Notes under the pieces: generated by a model
Databases searched by the model: none
What the model saw: the letters and a program-made list of their open reading frames with translations, nothing else
What the model was told of the DNA's origin: nothing
Source: Ignisphaera sp.
GTDB lineage: Archaea > Thermoproteota > Thermoprotei_A > Sulfolobales > Ignisphaeraceae
Reading direction: 5' to 3'
DNA: 24,000 nucleotides
NCBI GenBank assembly: GCA_025058535.1
Contig: JANXEL010000094.1
Location: forward strand, 4,059 to 28,058
Part shown: positions 16,257-24,000 of the stretch, in pieces
Layout of the letters: each line of letters begins with the position of its first letter
Numbering within the stretch: the first letter of the stretch is position 1
Program-made: the position numbers and the translations under genes

Positions 16257-17708
16257 CTAGAGGCTGCTCGTTAGCTCCTTAGCCATGTAAGGCGCTCCAT
16301 TAAGCCTTCTATAACCCAGCTTTCTATAGTACTCTCGTGCGCCAACCCCCGATAACACGTACACAGTATTACAGCTGAATTCGTATCTGGCTATCTCCTC
16401 TGCTACACTCATCAATTCTGCCCCCCAACCCTTATGCTGCCACGCATCATCAATACGTGCTTCTATGGGAACCTGTGGACCGTATATATGGAGCTCTCTA
16501 ACAAGAGCTGTTCTACTGCAGATTTCTCTTCTGTGAGCTTTCTCCGACGGAATTCTAAGCCTAAGTAGGCCCACAATGATATCGTTCTCCGTATCCTCTA
16601 CCGCCAAGAATATCTCCATACCTCTACTCGCTTCATAGTACTCTCTTGTTATTGAAACTCTGCCCAGCTTCCTACCTCTATACAGAAGCTGCCTCCCAAC
16701 CTCTCTATACCTTATCTCACTAATTTTTATACCCTTCTCAATAGCCCTCTCCTCAATAAGCTCGCGAAGATTTGCTTTCTTAGGTCCTGCAACAATAAGC
16801 GGTGCAGGTATGTCCCTTTGAATCCTCATAACTCTGACCCACCTTGGAATGTATCTGTAGAACTCTGACACCAATTCAACTGCATCGTCATCGGTTAAAG
16901 CGGTGTACATACCCGCCCTCCATAGCTCATACAACCTTGTCCCCTCTACAACCACCACTGGATATATCTTCAGCATATCTGGCCTGTAGTCCGGGTTCTC
17001 AAAAATTTCTCTAATCATTGCGATATCTCTATCCAGGTTAGAGCCGGGTAGACCTGGCATGACATGGTATACAACCTTATACCCTGCATCCTTTAGAAGT
17101 CTTGTAGCTTCAACCACGTCCTCTACGGTGTGCCCACGTGAGACAAGGTTTAGAACATCATTATATATGCTCTGCACCCCCAGCTCTACCTTAGTCGCCC
17201 CTAAGTAGAGCATAAAGTCTATCTGTTTCTCCTTAGCCCAGTCCGGCCTAGTTTCAATCGTTAATCCAACTACCCTTATCCTAGCGCTTTCATTTCTTAG
17301 ATGCGCCTCATCAAGAGAGGGCAGCGAGGCCGGTCTTGGATCTGGATACCTGTTGAAGGCCTCGAAAACACTTGCTACAAACGATACCTGATAGTCCACA
17401 GGCATGGCTGTAAAGGTGCCGCCCATAATTATCACCTCAATTTTGCTTGGCACATGACCCAGAGCCTCATACTGCTTCAGCCTTAAACAAACTTGTTCAT
17501 ATGGATCAAAGTTCACCTGGATACCCCTCATCAAGGCAGGCTCACTGCCTATGTAGCTCTGCGGTGTGCCAAACTCAGGCCCACCCGGACAGTAGATGCA
17601 TCTCCCATGTGGACATGGGTAGGGCCTCGTCATAACAGCCACTATAGTAACGCCGGACAGCATCCTCGTAGGCCTCTTAACCCCTTCAAATGTCTTAATG
17701 TTCTGCAT
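16257..17708 (-). CDS. elp3: Elp3 homologue (radical-SAM plus GNAT acetyltransferase; tRNA U34 cm5 modification)
   Basis: 483 aa. It has the radical-SAM cluster motif CPHGRCIYCPGG, LTIETRPDW, and a C-terminal GNAT motif QHKGWGAELMSVAEEIA. Confidence 0.92.
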   Translation of the reverse strand: MQNIKTFEGVKRPTRMLSGVTIVAVMTRPYPCPHGRCIYCPGGPEFGTPQSYIGSEPALMRGIQVNFDPYEQVCLRLKQYEALGHVPSKIEVIIMGGTFTAMPVDYQVSFVASVFEAFNRYPDPRPASLPSLDEAHLRNESARIRVVGLTIETRPDWAKEKQIDFMLYLGATKVELGVQSIYNDVLNLVSRGHTVEDVVEATRLLKDAGYKVVYHVMPGLPGSNLDRDIAMIREIFENPDYRPDMLKIYPVVVVEGTRLYELWRAGMYTALTDDDAVELVSEFYRYIPRWVRVMRIQRDIPAPLIVAGPKKANLRELIEERAIEKGIKISEIRYREVGRQLLYRGRKLGRVSITREYYEASRGMEIFLAVEDTENDIIVGLLRLRIPSEKAHRREICSRTALVRELHIYGPQVPIEARIDDAWQHKGWGAELMSVAEEIARYEFSCNTVYVLSGVGAREYYRKLGYRRLNGAPYMAKELTSSL

Positions 17709-17749
17709 GGTAGGACCGCTGGAGGAATTCTAGCTGTCTAGTCGGGAAT

Positions 17750-18157
17750 CTACCGTACTCCTCTTAAGAGCTTTAAGGGATCCCTAGCAATGACGTGACC
17801 AGGAACTCTATCTCTATACTTTCTTATAAATAGCTTCTCAACTACCCTGATCCTTGTGGAGAGCCTGATATCGTCTGGGTACATAAGGGCCACACCACCT
17901 ATAATGGGGTACCATCTCCAACACCTTTCACACACAATGATTCCTGACACAATATCTTTGGAAAGGCATAAGTCGCAGTTGATCAGATCTACACCAATCT
18001 CTCTAGTATGCCTGCCACAGAATCCACAGAAGACATCACAGAAAGGTTTCTCAGAAACACCTATACTAGTTAGAGTTCTCTCCTCAAAAACGTAAAGCTT
18101 TAGAGGAAAACATCTGCACATGGGGCAGGCAAGGAGATTTAATGAAGCGTACCTCAT
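17750..18157 (-). CDS. trm112: Trm112-like zinc-ribbon protein (methyltransferase activator), extended form
   Basis: Trm112/DUF343 signature: LNLLACPMCRCFPL ... IIVCERCWRWYPIIGGVALMYPDD. It is interrupted by a Cys-rich insert (CDVFCGFCGRH...CDLC) and followed by a ~45-aa tail. ATG at 18157; the ORF track extends to a TTG at 18172. Confidence 0.75.
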   Translation of the reverse strand: MRYASLNLLACPMCRCFPLKLYVFEERTLTSIGVSEKPFCDVFCGFCGRHTREIGVDLINCDLCLSKDIVSGIIVCERCWRWYPIIGGVALMYPDDIRLSTRIRVVEKLFIRKYRDRVPGHVIARDPLKLLRGVR

Positions 18158-18276
18158 GATGCTGCTACCCAAAGTTCATCATTGGATAGGGACAATTATG
18201 TCCACCTCTATATTGGGAGATAAGCTATTTAAGTCTACAGTGTAGAGTAGTGTTCAAATTGGTAGAGGGTTTGAGC

Positions 18277-18981
18277 ATGCAGATAGAAGATTGGAAGACC
18301 TTCAGGAGGGTTGAGGCTGACATTCAGAAGAGCTTTCCAGACGAAATACACGAGTTTCTCACAAAAGTGTTCAATGTCTACCTCATCAGATTTCCACTTC
18401 AGGTGTTTAAGCAGTTTGAGGTTGTTAGAGACAAGCTAATCCCCCTCACCTCCAGATTCGATAACGATAAGTATAATGAGTACTGCGATGCGTTTTCAAA
18501 GGTTTATAGAGCGGTTCTGCTCGATAGGGCTATATCAGACGATATCAAGAAGCTCGTCCTGGAATTAGCATCTAAGGCGAATAGCTTCTTTACCTCAAGA
18601 AGCATGCCGCTATGTGTAAAAGAGGTAAAGTACTATGGAGTTAGAGTTAAAGCTGTATTTGAAGGAAAGCCTCTATCAGATACGCTTGTCGTCGTAGAAT
18701 CTGAAGGACGTGTCATTGCATCCACCAAGACGGACCCCAACGGTATTGCGTATGTCGAGGTTCCTGAGGGAAAGTACGATATATACCTCTATAAGGGTCT
18801 AGATGGCGGCAAGTATGTATATGAGGAGAAGAACATGGTCGTGCCACAGGATAGCGAGGTTGTGTTTAGTGTGAGTGAGACTAAGACTCGTACTGAAATA
18901 GAGAAGGAGCGTGAAGGAAGGCCCGTGATAAGGGAGGTCTCCGAATCGTTAGAGGAGCCTAGGGTTGGTGAACATAGCTAG
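18277..18981 (+). CDS. Hypothetical cytoplasmic protein with a C-terminal carboxypeptidase-regulatory-like (transthyretin-like) beta-sandwich
   Basis: The ORF track starts at GTG 18250. ATG 18277 has GAGGG 7 nt upstream and a TATA-like CTATTTAAG at 18225-18233. VRVKAVFEGKPLSDTLVVVESEGRVIASTKTDPNGIAYVEVPEGKYDIYLYK fits the CarboxypepD_reg-like pattern. There is no signal peptide. Confidence 0.65.
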   Translation: MQIEDWKTFRRVEADIQKSFPDEIHEFLTKVFNVYLIRFPLQVFKQFEVVRDKLIPLTSRFDNDKYNEYCDAFSKVYRAVLLDRAISDDIKKLVLELASKANSFFTSRSMPLCVKEVKYYGVRVKAVFEGKPLSDTLVVVESEGRVIASTKTDPNGIAYVEVPEGKYDIYLYKGLDGGKYVYEEKNMVVPQDSEVVFSVSETKTRTEIEKEREGRPVIREVSESLEEPRVGEHS

Positions 18982-19959
18982 CTCATCTATGGTGCACGAG
19001 TAGATCTTTCTATCCAATCTGCTAAGATACTCTATTACAAGAGGGCTGTTATTAAGAAGGGCCTCATCGAGGGCCAACCTGAGATCCTCTATCGTATGCA
19101 TTTTCCTATTATTTATGGATAGCAGGATATCACCATCGCTGAATCCGCACACTCTAGATATATTTGGGTTCAGAATTCTAGAGATTACGAGACCGTATCG
19201 AAGTCCGAAGTGTGTAGCTATACTTCTCAACGCAAGCACGTTTATCCCAAGTACTATGTGTGCAATCCTACCATACCTTTTTAGGATTCTGTAGCTGTAT
19301 AGCACTCTGGTAGAGGGTGTAGCAAGGGAAAACTCATTTGCGTCAAACGCCTTTGCTACAACCATACCAACAACGGAGCCGTTGAGATCCACTATGGGGC
19401 TTCCACTCATCCCCATCAATATTGGTAGACTCAATAGCAGAAGGCCCTCAATCAAACCGTACCCAACATCAGCCTTCACCTCAGAACCGCTCACAATACC
19501 CACTGATAAAAATGGTCTTAGAATACCGTACGCCGTACCACATGCTATAACAAAATCTCCAATGGAAGCCATGGAGTCCTTCAAAGAAATCGGTTCGCGT
19601 TTCACACTACTTTGTATGAACATCAAATCCCACCTAGAATCTACATCAATAATCTCACCTTCAATTACATCTCCATTGAGATCCAGAAGGCATATCCTTC
19701 CATCACCTATATGCTGCAGTGAGTGCATCACTGTTGCAACTACAGAGCTATCTATGTAGAAGCCTGTTGCTACAGCATTCAAGTAGCCATTATCTCTAGC
19801 CACCTCCATACAATCAATGCTCCTATCCCTTGGAATGAGCACCATAGTGGTTGAATCGATTGTCCTTACTATCAATTTCTTTAGCTCTCCTTCAATAAGC
19901 CTTAGATTTGTGTTACCAACATCAGTAAGCGCAATCCTATCGCTTTTAGCACTGTCCAT
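18949..19959 (-). CDS. Trypsin-like serine protease with C-terminal PDZ domain (HtrA/DegP-like)
   Basis: Catalytic contexts: ATVMHSL (His), WDLMFIQ (Asp), GMSGSPIV (Ser). A PDZ-like region follows (GLVISRI...GDILLSINNRKM). The ORF is open to 20058, but ATG 19959 (MDSAKSD...) has a TATA-like element about 30 nt upstream. Neither start gives a signal peptide. Confidence 0.8.
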   Translation of the reverse strand: MDSAKSDRIALTDVGNTNLRLIEGELKKLIVRTIDSTTMVLIPRDRSIDCMEVARDNGYLNAVATGFYIDSSVVATVMHSLQHIGDGRICLLDLNGDVIEGEIIDVDSRWDLMFIQSSVKREPISLKDSMASIGDFVIACGTAYGILRPFLSVGIVSGSEVKADVGYGLIEGLLLLSLPILMGMSGSPIVDLNGSVVGMVVAKAFDANEFSLATPSTRVLYSYRILKRYGRIAHIVLGINVLALRSIATHFGLRYGLVISRILNPNISRVCGFSDGDILLSINNRKMHTIEDLRLALDEALLNNSPLVIEYLSRLDRKIYSCTIDELAMFTNPRLL

Positions 19960-20130
19960 TTTACCTCGTATATTATCCTTTTCACAGATATAATATGTGG
20001 TGTGAAGCCCTATAACGAATTCAATTGAAGCACGGGCCCACCCTGTGAACTCGAGCATCTGCTGCGCGGTTCATTACTCTAAGGCTTATAAACTGATTTT
20101 CTGTACTCACCGTGATAAGGTGTATAGCAG

Positions 20131-20913
20131 GTGGGTATTGTAGATCTGTCAAATTTCTTATCAGAGGTGGGCAGGGTCGTTATAGTTATGAGTGGAAAAG
20201 GTGGTGTGGGTAAATCTATCATAGCTAGCTCTCTCGCAATAGGGCTTGCACTAAAGGGTCGCAGTGTTGCCATTCTCGATGCTGATATCCATGGCCCCAG
20301 TGTGCCGTGGATTATGGGTGTCGAGAACGGGTACATGACTGTGGACAGCGACGGTTTCATAAACCCCATTGAGATTGAGAATATTGCTGTGATTTCAATA
20401 GAGCTTCTGCTAACAAATAAAGATGTGCCCCTAATATGGCGTGGTCCACTGAAAACCCGCGCAATTCTGGAGATTCTATCAAGGACTAGAGTGGGCAAGA
20501 GAGACTACCTCATTATAGATATGCCTCCGGGTACAGGTGATGAACCTCTAACCATTGTGCAGCATTTAAAAAATAAGATTATGGGTGCAGTACTTGTAAC
20601 AGTACCTGGAGAGCTTGTCAAGCACGTTGTTACAAAAGCTGAGATCTTCCTTAAAGAGCTAGGTGTACCTCTACTTGGAATAGTGGTAAACATGTCCTAC
20701 TTTAAATGCCCTACATGCAATACCATACACAGGCTTTTTGGTGCAACCAGTATAATGAATGAGAATATAATTGCAGAGATACCTATAGATCCCCTCCTAG
20801 CCCAAATGGTTAGTAGTGGTAAGCTTATAGACTATCTAAAGGGAAGCAGCAGTACAGCCAAATCCCTTCTTAGAATAGCAGATAGCGTGGCGAACATGGA
20901 AGCACAAAAATGA
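20131..20913 (+). CDS. Mrp/NBP35/ApbC-family Fe-S cluster carrier ATPase
   Basis: 260 aa. GTG start with AGGTG 9 nt upstream. Motifs: deviant Walker A MSGKGGVGKS, IIDMPPGTGD, and the conserved C-x-x-C (KCPTC). Confidence 0.9.
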   Translation: MGIVDLSNFLSEVGRVVIVMSGKGGVGKSIIASSLAIGLALKGRSVAILDADIHGPSVPWIMGVENGYMTVDSDGFINPIEIENIAVISIELLLTNKDVPLIWRGPLKTRAILEILSRTRVGKRDYLIIDMPPGTGDEPLTIVQHLKNKIMGAVLVTVPGELVKHVVTKAEIFLKELGVPLLGIVVNMSYFKCPTCNTIHRLFGATSIMNENIIAEIPIDPLLAQMVSSGKLIDYLKGSSSTAKSLLRIADSVANMEAQK

Positions 20914-20984
20914 GTTTACAGCCGAAATTAGGGTGGTGGGTAGGTCAAGCCTCTGAATGGGAGAAAGGCGGGTCGTTGACCTGG

Positions 20985-21857
20985 CTACACCCTAACCCTT
21001 TTGACCAATATAATCCTATTTTGAAGCCCCACCTTCTCAATTCTAACAATTCCAAGCTTCTCAAGCTTTCTAATATGCCTCCACAGTGTGGTTTTAGGTA
21101 TGTTTATGCTGTTCTGCAGCTCTGCCTGTAGAGCTGAACCACCCTTTGCATCTAGAACTTTGATTATGGCTACATCTACATCATTAAGTGTTTCAATGAG
21201 CTCCCTCGGTCTTCTCTTCTTTAGGTAAAGATACATCCCCACTACAGCAGCGACCGCAATAAGACCCGCTGTGGATATCCACAGCACATAGTTTGGCTGT
21301 CCCATGGATGGCTGAGTGGTCCACTGGGTATCTGTAGGAGTTGTTTTTATAGGCGGTGATATCTGCGGTGGTCGCAATGTGTACCTTAATTCCTGTGGAC
21401 CCCTTATTGTAAGTGTAAGTGTGTTGCCTTCCCTTTCATAGCTGACTATCTCCCTTGGAACTGTGAGGAGAACTACATTTGGTACAGGTATTCTGAGGGT
21501 GGTGGTGATGTTGGTCTCTATCAGTAGGTAGAATATGCTGTCCACTATGGACACATTAGCGATGTACGAAATATTGACAGAGGAAGATTCTTGCACAATT
21601 AGGTAAAGCGTTCTATTCTCATACATCACTGGAATCGGCTCACCATCAGCCACAGCTACAATGGTTTCAGGTATCGGTTCAACTGGGGCTTCAACAATCT
21701 GAAGCCCATCATTAAGATGTGCATGGATCTCTACAGATACTACACCGTGCTCATTAATGGTTATCATCACCGAATCCTGTGCATACAGCACTGGGCTAGC
21801 TGATGTAGATAGAAAGCATATCAGGAAAATCACAATCAGTAATCCGTAAGTATCCAT
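20985..21857 (-). CDS. Membrane-tethered winged-helix transcription regulator (signal peptide/anchor, extracytoplasmic domain, TM helix, cytoplasmic wHTH)
   Basis: 290 aa. Hydrophobic N-terminus LLIVIFLICFLSTSASPVLYA, then a ~160-aa beta-rich domain with N-x-S/T sites and a Pro/Thr linker. TM helix YVLWISTAGLIAVAAVVGMYLYL is followed by KKRRPR. C-terminal wHTH: DVAIIKVLDAKGGSALQAELQNSINIPKTTLWRHIRKLEKLGIVRIEKVG. Confidence 0.8.
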   Translation of the reverse strand: MDTYGLLIVIFLICFLSTSASPVLYAQDSVMITINEHGVVSVEIHAHLNDGLQIVEAPVEPIPETIVAVADGEPIPVMYENRTLYLIVQESSSVNISYIANVSIVDSIFYLLIETNITTTLRIPVPNVVLLTVPREIVSYEREGNTLTLTIRGPQELRYTLRPPQISPPIKTTPTDTQWTTQPSMGQPNYVLWISTAGLIAVAAVVGMYLYLKKRRPRELIETLNDVDVAIIKVLDAKGGSALQAELQNSINIPKTTLWRHIRKLEKLGIVRIEKVGLQNRIILVKRVRV

Positions 21858-22156
21858 TGAGATCCAGCACCATTTTCACAGCTTATCATTTAACATCCTA
21901 GCACTCTCTACTAGGAGTGGAGCTTATATGTGTTTACTCTACCGAATGTATCTGAATTCTTTAAAATGTTGTGTGCTATACTGGGCTACCTGGATGCTGT
22001 ATGGTAGGGGAAGTAGTTGCAGATCAGCATTCTCCTTTCTGCACAGAAGTGATCACCGAGTCTCCAGAGGGGGTCATGCTTCATTATGTGCTATTTTTAA
22101 TGCATTAATAAGCGTGTGAAACTTCGGCCGCATAGTACCACGGTTTTGATTTCAGG

Positions 22157-22197
22157 TGTATAATTTTTTATACCTGTATAAGAAAATACGTGTATAA
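22157..22197 (+). promoter_or_regulatory. Three direct TGTATAA repeats (22157, 22175, 22191) plus an imperfect inverted repeat CAGGTGTATAA/TTATACCTG (22153-22176); promoter/operator candidate for the RHH gene at 22210
   Basis: Read directly. The repeat spacing is 18 and 16 nt. The repeats overlap TATA-like sequences and end 13 nt before the ATG. A GGTG SD-like motif lies at 22198-22201. Confidence 0.3.
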
Positions 22198-22209
22198 GGT
22201 GTTACGCCC

Positions 22210-22914
22210 ATGGGGAGTGAAGATGAGTTTAGAAAGGAATTTGAGAAATTGTTGAATGAATTAAAAGGAAATGTCGAGAGGCTTGCTGCGGATATTGAGA
22301 AGATGTTAGATGGAGGTAACATTAGGGAAGCGTATAGAATTTGGAGGGAGAGGTCGAGAGAAGTTATCAGGAAGTTAAAGGAGCGTGTTGATGAACTTGA
22401 AAAGATGGGTGAGAGTATCGATGAGAAGACGGTGAGGGAGATCGTTAGTGAGTTTAAAGATAAGATTGATGAGGTTGTGAAGGAGGTATCCGACGTTTTC
22501 AACAGTATTTTGAAGAGGTTCAGGGAGTTTGATGTTGATGTAGCTGTGCCACTATCCCTTCATAGAGTTCCTAAGATATTCGTAAGAACATTTGAGGACG
22601 TATTTAACTCTGTGGTTGAGGCATTTGAAGATGTCGAGGAGGCTATAGAGGAGGGTTTGAAGAGTGCGGCTCGAGGCGGACTAAGCAGCGTCATCTCAGC
22701 TAGGATTAGAAGGAAGGAGCTTGAGTTAATAGATCGGCTTGTTGATGCTGGTATATTCAGGAGTAGAAGTGAAGCTATAGCATACTTTGTTAGAAGGGGT
22801 GTGGAGTCTAGTAGAGAATGGATAGAAAAGGCCTTGGAGCAGGCTAAGAAGATTAGAGAGCTTCAAGATTCCATAAGAAGGGAGCTAGGGGATATTGATA
22901 AAGATGATGAGTAG
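22210..22914 (+). CDS. Coiled-coil protein with C-terminal ribbon-helix-helix (CopG-like) DNA-binding domain
   Basis: 234 aa. The N-terminal ~170 aa are E/K/R-rich with heptad-like periodicity. The C-terminal ISARIRRKELELIDRLVDAGIFRSRSEAIAYFVRRGVE is an RHH signature. The antisense ORF 22152..22502 is low-complexity (Ser/Leu/Phe-rich) and spurious. Confidence 0.75.
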   Translation: MGSEDEFRKEFEKLLNELKGNVERLAADIEKMLDGGNIREAYRIWRERSREVIRKLKERVDELEKMGESIDEKTVREIVSEFKDKIDEVVKEVSDVFNSILKRFREFDVDVAVPLSLHRVPKIFVRTFEDVFNSVVEAFEDVEEAIEEGLKSAARGGLSSVISARIRRKELELIDRLVDAGIFRSRSEAIAYFVRRGVESSREWIEKALEQAKKIRELQDSIRRELGDIDKDDE

Positions 22915-22918
22915 AGCT

Positions 22919-23428
22919 CTACATTCTTCTCCTCAACTGATTATAGACGCCAACCACACCTATTAGAATAGCAATTATAAGTGCTATAGTAGGCTGCAGC
23001 CCTAGTGCAATTGTGCTTTTGTAGACTAGAGAGGCACCTGTTGCAGCAAACAGCACTGCCAGTACATTGCTACTCAGTATATATATCACAGCAGCTAGCA
23101 CTATTGTCATCAGTAGAGTTAGTACAGCTCCTCTAACGAGTATTGTTGAGATTGCATAGCCAAACACTATCGATAGAGCAACCTTAAACAAGGTGAAGCC
23201 AATGATAAACCCTATGAAGATAGCCAATATCGTGAATAGTATGGATAGCGCTACGCTATGAAATAACCCGTACGTAAGAATGTGGGTTGCGTAGCCCAAT
23301 ACGGCTGCAAAGGCCAACGATGAGATGAATCTAGCCAGCTGCACACCCCAGATGCACATAGCCAGTCCTATGATGGTGGCAATAACGTGTGCAGGAACAT
23401 CAATTCCTTCAATGATGATTTGGGGCAA
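22919..23428 (-). CDS. Integral membrane protein (about 5 TM helices), function unknown
   Basis: 169 aa and almost entirely hydrophobic, with a short basic C-terminus (QLRRRM). TTG start at 23428; TATA-like ATTTATATA about 30 nt upstream. Confidence 0.7.
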   Translation of the reverse strand: MPQIIIEGIDVPAHVIATIIGLAMCIWGVQLARFISSLAFAAVLGYATHILTYGLFHSVALSILFTILAIFIGFIIGFTLFKVALSIVFGYAISTILVRGAVLTLLMTIVLAAVIYILSSNVLAVLFAATGASLVYKSTIALGLQPTIALIIAILIGVVGVYNQLRRRM

Positions 23429-23613
23429 GGATCATCCCAGGAAGAACGGTGGAGCCCATATATAAATACTTTTTGCTCAGAACACTCTAGAGAACTTGGT
23501 GCTACACTCTTTTGAGCAAAGAGCTGGCAGACCTTTCTGCTGCAATGTGTCTCTTAGAATGGTGTTCTCCTCGAAGCTTTAGAGAGCTTTGTCTACTCTA
23601 TGCTTGAAGGCTA

Positions 23614-24000
23614 CTACCTTCTCTTCATCACTAGTATAAGAAGCGCTACAGCGGTAGACACTGCTATCAATAACGCAACTGTGACGTTGCTGCGGTAGGG
23701 AATCTGTTGCACTGCTAACGTTGTTCCTGTTGCTACGGTCTCCGTTTTCGGGCTGCGTACGTATAGCTGTATAGTATTGCTCTCTACTCTGTAAACACCT
23801 TCGCTTTCTGGCACCAGCACCTTTACTTCATAAATACCTGGTCTCGGTAGAGAGAGCTCTACGATAGATGTTTCTCGATTTACTTTACCGGTAGCTCTGC
23901 TCCATGTACTCTCGTTACTCAATCTGTACAGGATCTCTATAGCGTTTATGATGGGTGGCGATACCTCTACCTTCACCAATGCTTTCGAGCCCACCTCTAC
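23614..24000 (-). CDS. C-terminal part of a surface/secreted protein with a C-terminal TM anchor; the gene continues past the window end
   Basis: The reverse frame is open from 24000 down to the stop at 23614. It has a beta-rich sequence, then the hydrophobic anchor VTVALLIAVSTAVALLILV and a basic tail MKRR. The GTG at 23994 is probably not the true start. Confidence 0.6.
   Translation of the reverse strand, partial: VEVGSKALVKVEVSPPIINAIEILYRLSNESTWSRATGKVNRETSIVELSLPRPGIYEVKVLVPESEGVYRVESNTIQLYVRSPKTETVATGTTLAVQQIPYRSNVTVALLIAVSTAVALLILVMKRR

Noticed and set aside
15761-17741. Antisense ORFs inside the Trm9-like and Elp3 genes (15761..16213, 17301..17486, 17447..17635, 17493..17741).
   Set aside because: They are embedded antisense to well-supported genes and have no recognisable motifs.
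20079-20693. ORFs 20079..20498 and 20505..20693, antisense to the Mrp/NBP35 gene.
   Set aside because: The Mrp gene carries Walker A and CxxC signatures. The antisense products are Ser/Thr/Pro/Ile-rich with no motifs.
20910-22119. ORFs 20910..21131 (antisense to the wHTH end of the membrane regulator) and 21928..22119 (in the divergent spacer).
   Set aside because: The first overlaps a supported gene. The second is Cys/Tyr/Leu/Arg-rich with no promoter or SD context. I treat 21858-22150 as a long divergent regulatory spacer.
22904-22940. ATGATGA ... CTGA on the forward strand at the convergent junction of two genes.
   Set aside because: Only 26 nt separate the C and D boxes, which is too short for a dual-guide archaeal C/D sRNA. 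The ATGATGA is the GAT GAT GAG end of the coding sequence.
1-24000. I looked for CRISPR arrays, IS elements/transposases, integrases, tRNA or rRNA genes, and defence-system hallmarks.
   Set aside because: I found no regularly spaced direct repeats, no terminal inverted repeats flanking an ORF, no DDE/tyrosine-recombinase motifs, and no tRNA cloverleaf or GC-rich rRNA-like segments on either strand.

Overview
This window is a dense, mostly housekeeping chromosomal segment of a thermophilic archaeon. The evidence is reverse gyrase, the archaea/eukaryote-specific ribosomal proteins S25e and S26e, Elp3, an archaeal-type ProRS and C/D box sRNAs. GTG/TTG starts and GGTG-type Shine-Dalgarno motifs are frequent. 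The lineage looks Crenarchaeota/TACK-like, but the species cannot be assigned from the sequence alone. I support 23 protein-coding genes (two run off the window edges), three C/D box sRNA genes and a few promoter, operator or hairpin candidates. I saw no rRNA, tRNA, CRISPR array, transposase or integrase. The main points are: (i) A 1.33-kb ORF-free island (13760-15090) lies beside reverse gyrase. Its edges carry three textbook C/D box sRNAs. Two of them are divergently transcribed and have guides complementary to adjacent stretches of the LSU rRNA peptidyl-transferase region. A ~960-nt core remains unexplained. (ii) A carbon-nitrogen-hydrolase homologue has all three catalytic residues substituted and is translationally coupled (ATGCTAG overlap) to reverse gyrase. 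(iii) A co-linear Trm112-Elp3-Trm9 trio places the whole wobble-uridine (m)cm5U pathway in one cluster. (iv) A UbiD/aconitase-X pair (archaeal mevalonate pathway) sits behind a perfect 16-bp palindrome. (v) There is a membrane-tethered winged-helix regulator, and a coiled-coil/RHH fusion preceded by a triple TGTATAA repeat. All functional calls rest on motif recognition by eye; no database search was possible.
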